Shown here: positions 8,077 through 18,252 of the stretch, piece by piece
How the letters are laid out: each line of letters opens with the position of its first letter
How positions within the stretch are numbered: the first letter of the stretch is position 1
Origin: an uncultured Planctomycetota bacterium
GTDB lineage: Bacteria > Planctomycetota > Brocadiia > JAADGH01 > CAYPFP01
Direction: 5' to 3'
DNA: 64,000 nucleotides
Assembly: GCA_964409935.1 (NCBI GenBank)
Contig: CAYPFP010000001.1
Span: 30,331 to 94,330 of the forward strand
Made by a program: the position numbers and the translations under genes
Notes under the pieces: generated by a model
What the model was told of the DNA's origin: nothing
Seen by the model: only the letters and a program-made list of their open reading frames with translations
Databases searched by the model: none

Positions 8077-9432
8077 ATGTCCAGCAGCTTGAGCCGTCGC
8101 GATTTCATCCGGAAGGCCGGCGCGTTTGCGGGGGCGGCGAGCGTCTTCCACATCGTTCCGAGGCATGTGCTGGGCGGGGGGCCGCGACACATCCCGCCGA
8201 GCGAAAAGATGAACATCGCGGGGGTCGGCGTCGGCGGGGTAGGGGCCGGCAACCTGCGGAACCTGGAGACCGAGAACATCGTCGCCCTGTGCGACGTGGA
8301 CGCCGAGTACGCCGCCGGCGTCATCAAGCGGTACGCCGGGGCCAAGTTCTACACCGATTACCGCAAGATGCTCGAAGAGCAAAAAGACATAGACGGCGTC
8401 GTGATCGCCACCCCCGACCACACCCACGCCGTGATCACCATGGCCGCCATGCAGGCGGGCAAACACGTCTACTGCCAAAAACCGCTGACCCACGACGTGT
8501 ACGAGGCCCGCATGGTGGCCAAGGCCGCGAAAGAACGCAAGGTCATGACGCAGATGGGCATCCAGGGCCACTCCGGCGAGGGCATCCGCCTCATCTGCGA
8601 GTGGATATGGGCCGGCCTCATCGGCGAGGTCCGCGAGGTGGACGCGTGGTGCAGCCTGACCTATTACCCGTGGGGGCACGCCTCGTGGAGTTCGCAATGG
8701 GCCGAACGGCCCAAAGAGACGCCGCCCGCGCCGGCAGGGCTGGACTGGGACCTCTGGATCGGCCCGGCGCCGATGCGCCCCTACCACCGCGCCTATCACC
8801 CGCGCACGTGGCGCTGCTGGTGGGACTTCGGTTGCGGGATGATGGGCGACCGGGGCGTACACACGCTCGACCCGGTCTGCTGGGCGCTCAAGCTCGGCGC
8901 ACCAACCAGCATTGACGCCACGTCCTGCGGCAAGACGGCGGAGGTTCATCCGCTTTCGGCCGTCGTGACGTTCCGCTTTCCCGCCCGCGAGAACATGCCG
9001 CCCCTCAAGCTGACGTGGTATGAGGGCGCGCGGCCGCCGCGTCCGGAAGACCTGGAAGACGGCCGCAAGATGCCGGCCGAGGGAGGCGTCTTCTTCAAGG
9101 GCACGAAAGGAACGATCATGTGCGGCGTTACCGGCGACAGCCCGCGCATCATCCCCGAGAAGAAGATGGAGGAAGCCAAGCGACCCGAGAAAACACTCCC
9201 GCGAGTCAAGGGCGGCCACGAACAGGACTGGGTGCGCGCCTGCAAGAGCGGGCAGCCCGCCGGCGCGGACTTCGCGTATGCTGGTCCCCTGACGGAGATT
9301 TGCATGCTGGGAAACATCGCCAAGCGCGCCGACACGCGCATCCACTGGGACGCGGCGAACATGAAGGTCACGAATGTGCCCGAGGCCAACGCCTACGTGC
9401 GCGCGGAGTACCGGAAGGGGTGGGCGCTGTGA
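8077..9432 (+). CDS. Tat-signal Gfo/Idh/MocA oxidoreductase (GH109-like)
   Basis: Start MSSSLSRRDFIRKAGAFAGAASVF (twin-arginine motif) after a ggagga RBS; NIAGVGVGGVGAGN Rossmann motif; EKPLTHDVYEARMV block; architecture typical of GH109 alpha-N-acetylgalactosaminidase-like proteins. Confidence 0.85.
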   Translation: MSSSLSRRDFIRKAGAFAGAASVFHIVPRHVLGGGPRHIPPSEKMNIAGVGVGGVGAGNLRNLETENIVALCDVDAEYAAGVIKRYAGAKFYTDYRKMLEEQKDIDGVVIATPDHTHAVITMAAMQAGKHVYCQKPLTHDVYEARMVAKAAKERKVMTQMGIQGHSGEGIRLICEWIWAGLIGEVREVDAWCSLTYYPWGHASWSSQWAERPKETPPAPAGLDWDLWIGPAPMRPYHRAYHPRTWRCWWDFGCGMMGDRGVHTLDPVCWALKLGAPTSIDATSCGKTAEVHPLSAVVTFRFPARENMPPLKLTWYEGARPPRPEDLEDGRKMPAEGGVFFKGTKGTIMCGVTGDSPRIIPEKKMEEAKRPEKTLPRVKGGHEQDWVRACKSGQPAGADFAYAGPLTEICMLGNIAKRADTRIHWDAANMKVTNVPEANAYVRAEYRKGWAL

Positions 9433-9576
9433 GGATGTCGGCTACGGCCTGCCGTGGAGCGTGAGGCGCAGTTTTGCAGGAACGGGGGTCTCAGTCCTTC
9501 GGGTCCGGCGCCGCGCACGCGACCCAAGCCGGGATCACGAGTACCGCTACGGCGGCATACAGTGGCAGTTCCCTAT

Positions 9577-10701
9577 TCATGGCTTCAGCACCTTGTCAAT
9601 GAACTTGTATGCCTCCTCCCGCGCCTCGGGGGGAAAACCGTGGCCGCCTTCGGGGTAGGCGGCAGTGAGGCGGCCGGCGCCGCCGAGCAGCTCGAAAACG
9701 GGAAGGGCGGCCCCGACGCAGCGCCTGACGCTCTCGACCCTGAAGTTGGAATCGCCCTTAGGCGCGTGGACGTAGACGTGCCTCGGCGCGAGGGCGGCAA
9801 GGACTTCGGGGAAGTCAAAAGGAACTCTGGACGGGGCCTTTCCGTAGACGGACGCGATGCGGGGCATGTAGCACCTCTGACACCAGCCCTGGAGGTTGCC
9901 GCCCATGTAGTCGTGGAAGGAATCAAAACCGGAACTCGACACGATGACCTTGAGCCTTGTGTCGAACACACCGGCGAAGAGAGCGTTGTGCCCGCCGAGC
10001 GACAGGCCGACACAGCCGATGCGCTCGCCGTCCACTTCCGGCAGCGACTGCAAGAGGTCCACCGCGCGCATGTGGTCCCAGATGCCTTTCATCGTTCCGC
10101 TCACATAGCCCGACTTTTCGAGGTCCGGCCAGTTGTCGCCGAAGAGCGGATAGTCGGGGGCGATGGAGACGTAACCCCGTTCGGCGAGTTCGAGCGCGTA
10201 CCGGGCGTAGTCGGCGCCCAGACCGGCCGTCCTGCCCCGCGCGCCGTCTGATCCGTGGAGGCACAGCATCGCGGGGGCGCGGCCTCTCAGGTCGTCGGGG
10301 ATCAGGAGATAGGCGGGCACGCGGTGACCCTTCTCGGAAGCGTAGGTGATTTTGCGGCGCTTGAGGCCCGGGAGCTGCTCGGTCTCGACAACGAGCATAT
10401 CGAGCGGAACCTTGCGATCATCGGAAGGCAACGGCCCCATGACTTCCTGCATGCAGACCAGGATGTGTTCGCGGCGTTTCCGCCAGTCCTCGGGATTCCT
10501 TATGGGATGAGAATGTCCTGCAGCGTCGCGGTATACGAGGAGGTTCATCCTGTCGTTGCGTGAAGCGGGCATCGTCTGCTCCTGGGGATGAACGGCATTC
10601 ATGAAGATGGCCTGGATCGCAAGGAACAACGCGGCCGGCAGCATGATCCCGGCCCTGCCGGGAACGGTTGCGAGGTCTGCGCGTTTTCGTCCGCTTGTCA
10701 T
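9577..10701 (-). CDS. secreted alpha/beta-hydrolase (esterase/dienelactone-hydrolase-like)
   Basis: GLSLGGHNA nucleophile elbow (GxSxG); signal-peptide-like MTSGRKRADLATVPGRAGIMLPAALFLAIQAIF; start set at ATG 10701. Confidence 0.75.
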   Translation of the reverse strand: MTSGRKRADLATVPGRAGIMLPAALFLAIQAIFMNAVHPQEQTMPASRNDRMNLLVYRDAAGHSHPIRNPEDWRKRREHILVCMQEVMGPLPSDDRKVPLDMLVVETEQLPGLKRRKITYASEKGHRVPAYLLIPDDLRGRAPAMLCLHGSDGARGRTAGLGADYARYALELAERGYVSIAPDYPLFGDNWPDLEKSGYVSGTMKGIWDHMRAVDLLQSLPEVDGERIGCVGLSLGGHNALFAGVFDTRLKVIVSSSGFDSFHDYMGGNLQGWCQRCYMPRIASVYGKAPSRVPFDFPEVLAALAPRHVYVHAPKGDSNFRVESVRRCVGAALPVFELLGGAGRLTAAYPEGGHGFPPEAREEAYKFIDKVLKP

Positions 10702-10810
10702 TGCGGTGTTTCCTGTAGACGTTGTGGTCGGGCTGTTTGTGGGACTGGCGGCGCCGGCGCTTCCGTGAAACCCACTTCTCCTCAATGCATGCCGAGTGTG
10801 CCGGCCAGGA

Positions 10811-12856
10811 TCAGGACGATTTTTTCAGCCAATCGAGTATCTCCGCGTCGGTCGCGCGATCTCTGCAGGCGCGGAACAAGGGCGCGAATTTCAGGGCGCG
10901 GTAGACGTCGGCGGACCAGGACGTCGAGAATTTGCCGCCGGTGTTGTGGATGAAAAGCGGAGTCGGAAGCGCGAGGGCAAGGGCCGTGCGGAAGTCGCCG
11001 GCGCGGCGAAGGCTGGGGACATAAAGGTCGGCGACGAAGGCATCGTCCTTGCCGGTGTCGAACTGCGCGGCGTCGGCGACGACGCGGCTCAGCGTCGGAG
11101 CAAGACCGGCCGCCAGGAGACACCACAGGCCGGCCTTGTCGAGGCCGATAAGATTCACCGCAGCGACATCCTCGCGGTTACGCAGGTAGACAAGAGCGGT
11201 GAGAACATCCTGGACGCGGTTGGCCGTCTCGGTGCGGTTGTAGGTGTCGAGCAGCCGGAGCTTGGGGTCGGGGTTGGGTTTCGCCGAATCGCCCGTGGCG
11301 AAGGCGTCGAGGGTCAGCACGAGCCGGCCGGAATCGGCCAGTTTGCGGGCAAGGGGCGACTTCGCCGCGGCCTCCTTGCCGTCGGGATGCACGACGAGGG
11401 CGGCGTCGCGGGGGCCTGGCGACTTCAGGGCCGCCGAAAAGAGCACGGCCGGCACGGCGTCGCCTTTGTCCTTGCGGCCAAGGGTAAGGCGCATGCCCTC
11501 GAGGCCGGCAAGGTCCGCCTTGCCCTTCTGCTCAACCACGATCTCGCTCGAACGCGGGACATCCGCCGCCAGGGCGCGCTGCAGGGCGACGCCGAAGACT
11601 TCGCGGAAGCGGTCGAGCGTCCGCTTGTCCTTGGGCTTGAGGGTCTCAAGCTGCGCTTCGGCGGAGTTGACAAGGTATTTCGTGAGCGCCGGGGCGTCCA
11701 CCTGGTCCTTGGGCCGGGGCATTCCGTAGAAGACGAGCAGGTCGCGGGGCTGGTCGGGCTGGAAGGAGGCCTCGCGGGCCGTGGCGGGGTCGGTGACGCC
11801 GAAGAGCCACCGGTTGAACCACGCATACATCGCCTCGCGGCTGTCCTTGTTGTAGTTGTGGGGGGCGTTGAAAATGACGTAGGAGAGCTTGTCCTCGGCG
11901 CCGAAAAGTTTATAGACGCTGTGGATGGCCGGGTACTCGGTGGCGGCGGTGTTCTTGGTCCAGTCGCCGGTGGCGGCGATCAAGAGCATGGGACGCGGCG
12001 CCATGAGGGCGCCGATCTCCATGTTGTTGGTGTCAATGCGCAGGCCGGGGGCGTTCTCGCAGAGGCAGCCGCCCTGCATGTGAGCGCTGATCATGACGGC
12101 GGGGGCGGACAGCATGATCCGGTCGTCCACGGCGCAGAGCATGAAGGTCTGTGTGCCGCCGCCGGAGGCGCCGGTGCAGGCGATGCGTTTCTTGTCCACA
12201 TCGGGCAGGGAGAGCAGAAAGTCGGCGGCGCGCAGACTGTTCCAGAGTTGGAGGCCCATGAGGCTGATGCCCCAGAGCGCCTCGCGTTTGCCGCCGAAGC
12301 CGTGCGAGATCTGGTTGGAGTCGTTGTAGCCGACCATGTCGTAGGCGAAGGCCACGCAGCCGCGCCGAGCCAGACCGATGCAGCGTCCGGGGATCGAGCC
12401 GAGGTCCTGGTGTTCGAGGCGGCCCGTGCGCCAGTGGCCGTGCGGACTCAGGACGCCCGGGAAAGGCCCTTTCCTGCCCTTCGGGCGGTAGAGGTTGCCG
12501 CACAGGTAGAAACCGGGGTACGTCTGGATGTGGACTTTCTCGACGGTGTAGTCGCCGTGGTCCATCTTGCCGAAGATGCGGGGCTTGAGGGGCGTCTTCT
12601 TCGGCAACGGCCAGAGGCCGGTGCTCACGAGTATCTGCCGGCGCAGAAACTCCTTACGCGCGAGCCACTCCTCCTTCGTGCCGTACACCGGCATGGTGTA
12701 GGGCATGTCGAGGTGGCGGACCACGGCGGCGCGGCGGTCGGGGGGGACGGGGGGACTGGGTGAAGAGGGCATCTGGTCTTCTCCTGTTGCGCCAAACAAG
12801 AAAGGGAATGATATCAGAGTTGAAACAAGGAAGGATGAGGCTGCACACTGCATCAT
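10811..12856 (-). CDS. alpha/beta-hydrolase, acetyl-xylan-esterase (AXE1)-like with C-terminal extension
   Basis: [12 protein letters not shown] nucleophile elbow, ...APHNYN... His region; about 400-aa esterase core plus about 270-aa extra domain; alternative start MPSSPSP at 12772. Confidence 0.7.
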   Translation of the reverse strand: MMQCAASSFLVSTLISFPFLFGATGEDQMPSSPSPPVPPDRRAAVVRHLDMPYTMPVYGTKEEWLARKEFLRRQILVSTGLWPLPKKTPLKPRIFGKMDHGDYTVEKVHIQTYPGFYLCGNLYRPKGRKGPFPGVLSPHGHWRTGRLEHQDLGSIPGRCIGLARRGCVAFAYDMVGYNDSNQISHGFGGKREALWGISLMGLQLWNSLRAADFLLSLPDVDKKRIACTGASGGGTQTFMLCAVDDRIMLSAPAVMISAHMQGGCLCENAPGLRIDTNNMEIGALMAPRPMLLIAATGDWTKNTAATEYPAIHSVYKLFGAEDKLSYVIFNAPHNYNKDSREAMYAWFNRWLFGVTDPATAREASFQPDQPRDLLVFYGMPRPKDQVDAPALTKYLVNSAEAQLETLKPKDKRTLDRFREVFGVALQRALAADVPRSSEIVVEQKGKADLAGLEGMRLTLGRKDKGDAVPAVLFSAALKSPGPRDAALVVHPDGKEAAAKSPLARKLADSGRLVLTLDAFATGDSAKPNPDPKLRLLDTYNRTETANRVQDVLTALVYLRNREDVAAVNLIGLDKAGLWCLLAAGLAPTLSRVVADAAQFDTGKDDAFVADLYVPSLRRAGDFRTALALALPTPLFIHNTGGKFSTSWSADVYRALKFAPLFRACRDRATDAEILDWLKKSS

Positions 12857-13212
12857 CTTGGCATCTGCTCGTCGGGTTCCTTCAGGAGGGTTTCAACTTC
12901 GCTGCGCAAGACTGGAAGCTTCGTTTGAAGGATATCCCAGACGGTTTCGTTTGAAATTGCATGGTAGACGTGAATCAGGAAATGTCGGAAGTCAATTATT
13001 CGTCGGTACTCGGATATCCGGTTCACTGTCTGAGGGTCATCGTGCAGAAGCCTGTTAAGTGCTTCACCAATAATCTCGAACTGTCTTTCGACGGCTGAGC
13101 GGAGAAGCGGATCAGCGACATAGTTCTGCAGCGTCTTCCCTTTGGCGAACAGCGTGAGGAGTTCGGCCGCCTGCGCGATGTCGTAGAGATGTTTCTTGGA
13201 CTCACGCCGCAT
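12853..13212 (-). CDS. hepT: HepT-like (DUF86) ribonuclease toxin
   Basis: 119 aa from MRRESKK (ATG 13212); [11 protein letters not shown] matches the Rx4HxY HepT motif; 11-nt overlap with the upstream MNT gene; region is markedly lower GC than its flanks. Confidence 0.8.
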   Translation of the reverse strand: MRRESKKHLYDIAQAAELLTLFAKGKTLQNYVADPLLRSAVERQFEIIGEALNRLLHDDPQTVNRISEYRRIIDFRHFLIHVYHAISNETVWDILQTKLPVLRSEVETLLKEPDEQMPR

Positions 13213-13510
13213 ACAGGAGGGTCCTGGAGGATTCGATCTGTTGGAGGAAATAGGGATTTCTGACGGCCGAGAGTTCAAGAAGGTCCACGCGACAGTTGAA
13301 GAGGGCTTCGAGGGATTCGCGAAGGCCAAAGTACCGGTCGGCGGGACGAATAGCCGCGGCGGGGTCGAAGACGACGAGGAAGTCGAGGTCGCTCTCTTGC
13401 GGGTCGAAGTCCTCGCGGACAGCCGAGCCGAAGATCTCAAGGCGTTTCACCCCGAAACGACGGCACAGCTCGGCGATTTCTTTTTGTCTTGACTGAACCA
13501 GAACATTCAT
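13202..13510 (-). CDS. mntA: MNT-type nucleotidyltransferase antitoxin
   Basis: 102 aa from [33 protein letters not shown]...DLDFLVVF; G[SG]x9-13Dx[DE] minimal nucleotidyltransferase motif ([16 protein letters not shown]). Confidence 0.8.
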   Translation of the reverse strand: MNVLVQSRQKEIAELCRRFGVKRLEIFGSAVREDFDPQESDLDFLVVFDPAAAIRPADRYFGLRESLEALFNCRVDLLELSAVRNPYFLQQIESSRTLLYAA

Positions 13511-13565
13511 GGAAGCGGCCTCCCCATGCGTTCTGACAGGGGCCGTCTGTCCGGCAACCGGATAT

Positions 13566-13594
13566 ACAATAGCACGCTGCTCTCCATCATGCAA
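13566..13594 (-). promoter_or_regulatory. candidate promoter for the MNT-HepT operon (TTGCAT-17-TATTGT)
   Basis: Minus-strand TTGCAT (13594-13589), 17-nt spacer, TATTGT (13571-13566), 55 nt upstream of ATG 13510. Confidence 0.3.
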
Positions 13595-13711
13595 TGCCCC
13601 GCCTGTGACGGGATGCGTGCCTGGTCACGGCGTTGCCAGGCTCACTACGAACGATACGGCTCCTTGGGACAGAACAAAAACGCTCCGCAGGCGACGGTCT
13701 TGCACTCCGGA

Positions 13712-16700
13712 TCACTCCAGTTGAATCTGATACGCGAATTCGTTTTCCTGCACGCCGAATTTCAGGGATGCGCCGGCGGCATCGAACTTCACGTCGCGCA
13801 AAACGGCGCCGTCCATGGCGACGGCGCGAACGGACCGGACCTGCGCGGGCTTGCCGAGGAGCTTCTCCAGGTTGAGCGTGACGGTAAAGGCGCTGCTGTC
13901 GGGAAGCGGAGTGACGGTCACGGTCTTCCCCTTGATTTCCAGACGGAATGCGCCTTCGGTGACGGCAGGGCCGAAGTCAATGGGCTTCTTCGCGACGTTC
14001 ATGCGGGGCGGCGGCTCGGGCGCGGGTTCGTGCTTCACAAGACGGACGCCCTTGACCTTGCCGGCCTCGCGCTCGACGACGAGCGTGCCGATCCGGTAGC
14101 GGGTGGAGCCGTCCTCGTCGCCCAGAAGCGGATATCGCTTGCCGGACTTGGGGTCGTAGAGGCCCGCCGTGATGTCGTATTCGGCGCCGGTGAAGTCCTC
14201 CGGGATGGTCTCGGGACGCCATTCGGCGCCGGTGGCGATTCGCCCGCTCCAGGCGGTGGTGGGCGGCGTGGGCGCGCCGCCTGTCGTGAGGGCGAGTTTG
14301 TTGCGCTTGCCGATTTTTGGATCGTCGAAATGGAGGAAACAGGTGAGGTCCATCGGGGCGGGCCGCTCGACGTCCCAATTGACGTAGAGCTTGAACTTGC
14401 GGTCACCGAGGTACTCGACGCGGTCGGCGGAGGGCCGGATGCGCAGGCGGGGGTCGGGTTCAAAGCTGCGGGCGTTCACGTAGAAGCGCGACGGCCCTCG
14501 CGATTGCTCGACGATGACGCCGTTGATTCTCTCGATGGAGGACTCGATGTCGGCGATCTTCGCAAGATAGCCGTAAGTCGGTAGAAGCCGCCCCTCGACG
14601 TTCCAGTCCTTTTCGCCGCGATTGACGAACACCTTCGCGCCGGATTTCCACGCGACGATCTGGCGATGGATATCGCCGTCGGCGAACTCGACGTTCTCGA
14701 TGGTGTCGAGGGCGATGCGGCGGATGAAGTCCTGAGCAAGCCAGTACTTGCGCACGGCGCCGCGGCCGAAGGCGCCGCGGTCAATCATAAGCGCGTGGCC
14801 TTCGAGTATCTCCGAAGAGATGTAGTCGTCGCTCTCGATGCCGTGATCGCGCCGGGTGCGGCCGCCCTGATAGCGGTCGGAATAGCCGACGCCGTGCAGG
14901 CTGAACCGATGGTGGTTGACGGCGTCGAACCACGGCACGCGCTCCCAGTCCTTGCAGGCGAGCGTGTTCCCAAAACGCGAAGGGGAGGGGGTCAGGAGCA
15001 TGTGCTGGCAGTCGGCGCCGTCGAGGTAACCGATAAGCTGGTCGTGGCCGGCCTCGGAGGTCGTGGGGGCGTTGCCGCCGAGGGCGTCGCGGATATAGGC
15101 GAAGGACTCGCCCCACGCCTTGCGCGTCTCAAGCGAGGAGTGGAAATTGCCCTGGCGGTCATAAAAGTCGAAGCATCCCGCCGACGTGAAGACGTCGAGG
15201 AAGTAGTGGGTGGGCCGCAAGGCCGGCTTGATCAGCGCGATGTTGCGCCTCACAAAAGGCATGATGCGGTCGGGACGCCAGCGGTAACTCTGAGCGTCGC
15301 GAGATTCATTGAGCCACGCCTTGATGGGGCGGCCGTCCTCGGTGAAACAGATATGCTCGTAGGTGTAGTCGTCGGCGTCGGGATAGAAATCAATGTAATT
15401 GTCATGAAGCCCCCAGGGGATGTCGCGCTCCGCGCAGACCCTCGCGATTTCCTGCATGTCTTCAATGGAGCCATACTTCGGGTTGGGAGGGAAAATGTCG
15501 GGCAGGCGGTAGTCGTAACCCCAACGCTGCCAGACATGTACGCTGAGCAGCGAGTCCGTGAGACCGTAGGCGATCATGCGCCGCATCGTGTCGGCAATCT
15601 CGGCGTACTTGCCGCCCCAGATGTCGAACACGAAGCGGCCGGCCTTGCGTTTCAGACCGCCGGCGGGCTTCTTGTCGTAGAGCGGGCGGTACTTGACGGC
15701 GCAGTCAAAGGCGCCCTGGACGCCGGGCACGAAGGTGAGCGTCGCGTCCATGTGCGTGTGAAGGGCGTAGAGTCTCTGGTCGGGATCAACGAGGAGGTAG
15801 TCGGGCGGAGTGTCGCTGGCGGTGAGCAGCGAGACGCCTTGCTCGAAATCGAAACCAACGTGGCTCGTCGAGAGATTGTGGCCGCCGAAACCGGCCCTGA
15901 ACAACTTAGGCTCCACGATGCAGTAACCGTGCCCGTAGTAGACGCGCGGAGCCTGCTGGTCGGCGGGACCGAGAGCGATATCGGTCATGCGTTTGGGCGA
16001 GGCCAACTTGACGCGCAGACCGGCCTTGTCCTTCCAGAGATCGGCGACCAGGGAGAACGCCTCATTCTCAAGCAGGGCATGATGCGTGATGCGCACACGC
16101 CCGAAAAGGTCCTTCTTCGCCTCCACTTTCCGGATCATGACCTGGGAAGGCCACGCACCAAACTTGTTCCTCAACACGGAGATCTTCAGACCGTCAAAGA
16201 CGACGCACCGAGTCCCCTGCCCGAAGGCAAGGGCCGCGTCGGCCAGGCCGTTAGTGCCGAGCACGCATGCGGCGACCGCGCCGCCGTCGAGCTTGAAAAC
16301 GAACTCATCGGGCGCGGCGGCCGAGCCGGATTCAACCGCCTTGCGCGCGCGGTCGCGGAGTTGCTGCCGGTCGGCGTCGGTCAACTGCGCGGGCGGATCG
16401 CCGGCGACGACGGCCGGCTCGCCCCAGAAACAGGAATCGCACGTGGTGTCGCGTTTGGGGCCAGGGTGCGACTCGAGTCGCAGAAGAATCTCCTTCCCCG
16501 CGAACTTCGTGAGGTCGGCCTCGCCGTCCACCCAGACTTTGCTGTCGGTGTGGCGCTCAAAGAGCTTCTCCTCGCCCGCCCAGACGCGGAACGTCACGCC
16601 GTCGCTCGGCGGCTCCTTCGCGGTCTGATCGCGAATGGCGTTGGAGAAGACCAGCTTGATGGGTTTGGTCTCCGGAAGCTTGAGGAGGTATTCGGCGAAA

Positions 16701-17377
16701 ATGGACCCCCCGCCGGGTTTCCAGGGCGGATGCATCATAAGGGACGCCTTCATCGTGCCGCGCGAGGTAGTGCTGCGCGAGAAGTGCGCCGAAGATTGGG
16801 CGTCGGCCCCTTCCCAACCGACAGGCATGTAAACGAGCGGTTTATCGTAGTAACACCAAGCCACGCGCTGCGTGCGCAGGGGGTCCAGAGAGAGGGCGCC
16901 GCGAGCGGGAACGACGTTTGCGGCCAGGGTTTGCGGTCCGGGGGCCGCCTGCGCCGCCCTGGCAAAGTCGGACTTGAAGATTTGAACCGCATGCACGGCG
17001 AGAGGCCCGTCTGCCAGCTCAGCCTTTGCGTACACGTGGACCGGATAAAGTGCGGACAACGCGCCTTTGTCGGCTGCGACCTGGAACTCAACCCGCGCCT
17101 CCTTGCCCGGCGCAAGCTCAACCGTTCGTTCCGTATGACCCACAGCGCGCCATTCGTCCACCAGGCCGCCGATACGGAGATGCGCGGCAAAGGACTTCTC
17201 GCCGGAATTCTTGACCGTTACCGCGACGGTCTGCGGCTTCGCGTATTCGGCGACGTCCTCAATCGGCGCAATGGAAATCGTGAGCGGGCCTTGCACGGCC
17301 ACATGTCCGTCAAAAGCCACGGCATGAGCCGCCGCCCAAAGACACAAGAACACAGATGCGGCCTGAAGAATTCTCAT
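13712..17377 (-). CDS. large secreted protein (1221 aa) with putative TIM-barrel glycoside-hydrolase-like central domain
   Basis: Signal peptide MRILQAASVFLCLWAAAHA; central RWGYDYRLPDIFPPNPKYGSIEDMQEIARVCAERDIPWGLHDNYIDFYPD resembles a (beta/alpha)8 glycosidase core; the family was not recognised with certainty. Confidence 0.6.
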   Translation of the reverse strand: MRILQAASVFLCLWAAAHAVAFDGHVAVQGPLTISIAPIEDVAEYAKPQTVAVTVKNSGEKSFAAHLRIGGLVDEWRAVGHTERTVELAPGKEARVEFQVAADKGALSALYPVHVYAKAELADGPLAVHAVQIFKSDFARAAQAAPGPQTLAANVVPARGALSLDPLRTQRVAWCYYDKPLVYMPVGWEGADAQSSAHFSRSTTSRGTMKASLMMHPPWKPGGGSIFAEYLLKLPETKPIKLVFSNAIRDQTAKEPPSDGVTFRVWAGEEKLFERHTDSKVWVDGEADLTKFAGKEILLRLESHPGPKRDTTCDSCFWGEPAVVAGDPPAQLTDADRQQLRDRARKAVESGSAAAPDEFVFKLDGGAVAACVLGTNGLADAALAFGQGTRCVVFDGLKISVLRNKFGAWPSQVMIRKVEAKKDLFGRVRITHHALLENEAFSLVADLWKDKAGLRVKLASPKRMTDIALGPADQQAPRVYYGHGYCIVEPKLFRAGFGGHNLSTSHVGFDFEQGVSLLTASDTPPDYLLVDPDQRLYALHTHMDATLTFVPGVQGAFDCAVKYRPLYDKKPAGGLKRKAGRFVFDIWGGKYAEIADTMRRMIAYGLTDSLLSVHVWQRWGYDYRLPDIFPPNPKYGSIEDMQEIARVCAERDIPWGLHDNYIDFYPDADDYTYEHICFTEDGRPIKAWLNESRDAQSYRWRPDRIMPFVRRNIALIKPALRPTHYFLDVFTSAGCFDFYDRQGNFHSSLETRKAWGESFAYIRDALGGNAPTTSEAGHDQLIGYLDGADCQHMLLTPSPSRFGNTLACKDWERVPWFDAVNHHRFSLHGVGYSDRYQGGRTRRDHGIESDDYISSEILEGHALMIDRGAFGRGAVRKYWLAQDFIRRIALDTIENVEFADGDIHRQIVAWKSGAKVFVNRGEKDWNVEGRLLPTYGYLAKIADIESSIERINGVIVEQSRGPSRFYVNARSFEPDPRLRIRPSADRVEYLGDRKFKLYVNWDVERPAPMDLTCFLHFDDPKIGKRNKLALTTGGAPTPPTTAWSGRIATGAEWRPETIPEDFTGAEYDITAGLYDPKSGKRYPLLGDEDGSTRYRIGTLVVEREAGKVKGVRLVKHEPAPEPPPRMNVAKKPIDFGPAVTEGAFRLEIKGKTVTVTPLPDSSAFTVTLNLEKLLGKPAQVRSVRAVAMDGAVLRDVKFDAAGASLKFGVQENEFAYQIQLE

Positions 17378-17562
17378 CTAAGCGCCTCCCCAATACGAGA
17401 AGTTGAGCGAAACGGAGTTGCAGGTATGTTCACCTGAGAGGGAGCGCAATTCAAGCAAAAACATCGCCAGGATTTTCTCTGTGCCTGACAAGGGCCGGAA
17501 TGTTATCATAAGAATTTGCGGAAAACGAGCGCATTCCGGCGCGATGCGATTCCGAGGCAGGA

Positions 17563-18252
17563 ATGAACAGACCCATCAATCTCGCGGTGTTGATATCGGG
17601 CGGCGGGACGACGCTGCAGAACCTCATTGACAAGATCGCCGCCGGCGACCTGAAGGCCAAGATACAACTGGTCATCAGCAGCACCTCGAAGGCGTTCGGT
17701 CTGGAACGCGCCCGCAAACACAACATCCCGACGGCGATTGTGCGCCGCAGGGATTTTGCGGACGATGACGAATTCAGCGCCGCGATCACGAAGGAAGTGG
17801 ACCGGCGCCCTGTAGACCTCGTGATTTTGGGCGGGTTCCTGAAGTTCTGGAAGATTCCGCCGAAGTTCGAAGGCCGCGTGATGAACATCCATCCGGCGCT
17901 GATCCCCGCGTTCTGCGGGCGAAATTTCTACGGGCATCATGTGCATGAAGCCGTCATCGCCTCCGGCGCGAAGGTCTCCGGGTGCACGGTGCATTTCGCG
18001 GACAACGAATACGACCACGGGCCGATCATCGTGCAGCGCACCGTTCCGGTGCTCGACGACGACACGCCCGACGCACTCGCCGGGCGAATCTTCGAGCAGG
18101 AGTGCATCGCATACCCGGAAGCGATACGACTTTTTGCGGCCGGCAGGCTGAAGATCGCGGGGCGAAAGGTCGTCATGAATCAGGCAGGCGAATCGAACAT
18201 CGAACATCGTGCGGATTCCGGAAAAGGCAGATGTCGAAGATTATCGGGATAG
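17563..18252 (+). CDS. purN: phosphoribosylglycinamide formyltransferase
   Basis: [52 protein letters not shown] are classic PurN blocks. Confidence 0.85.
   Translation: MNRPINLAVLISGGGTTLQNLIDKIAAGDLKAKIQLVISSTSKAFGLERARKHNIPTAIVRRRDFADDDEFSAAITKEVDRRPVDLVILGGFLKFWKIPPKFEGRVMNIHPALIPAFCGRNFYGHHVHEAVIASGAKVSGCTVHFADNEYDHGPIIVQRTVPVLDDDTPDALAGRIFEQECIAYPEAIRLFAAGRLKIAGRKVVMNQAGESNIEHRADSGKGRCRRLSG

Noticed and set aside
14666-17437. 923-aa plus-strand ORF (and 13526..14584, 2719..4227, 10796..12763, 24577..26925, 29721..32687, 36650..39109, 44332..46224, 47954..49078, 50224..51639, 61608..63116)
   Set aside because: Long stop-free antisense frames of genuine genes in a high-GC genome; translations are dominated by G/A/R/V/P runs with no recognisable domains.
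17378-17562. Promoter for purN (CTGACA ... TATCAT)
   Set aside because: Spacing between candidate boxes is 13 or 18 nt depending on choice, with no clean 16-18-nt consensus arrangement.
17982-18230. N-terminal extension of dnaK in the track ORF (728 aa)
   Set aside because: Canonical DnaK begins at [14 protein letters not shown] (18231) preceded by a purine-rich RBS; the extension overlaps the purN coding region.
18180-18235. Search for a CIRCE/HrcA operator or sigma32 promoter upstream of dnaK
   Set aside because: No TTAGCACTC-N9-GAGTGCTAA-like inverted repeat seen; the upstream region is purN coding sequence, so dnaK may be co-transcribed or use an internal promoter.
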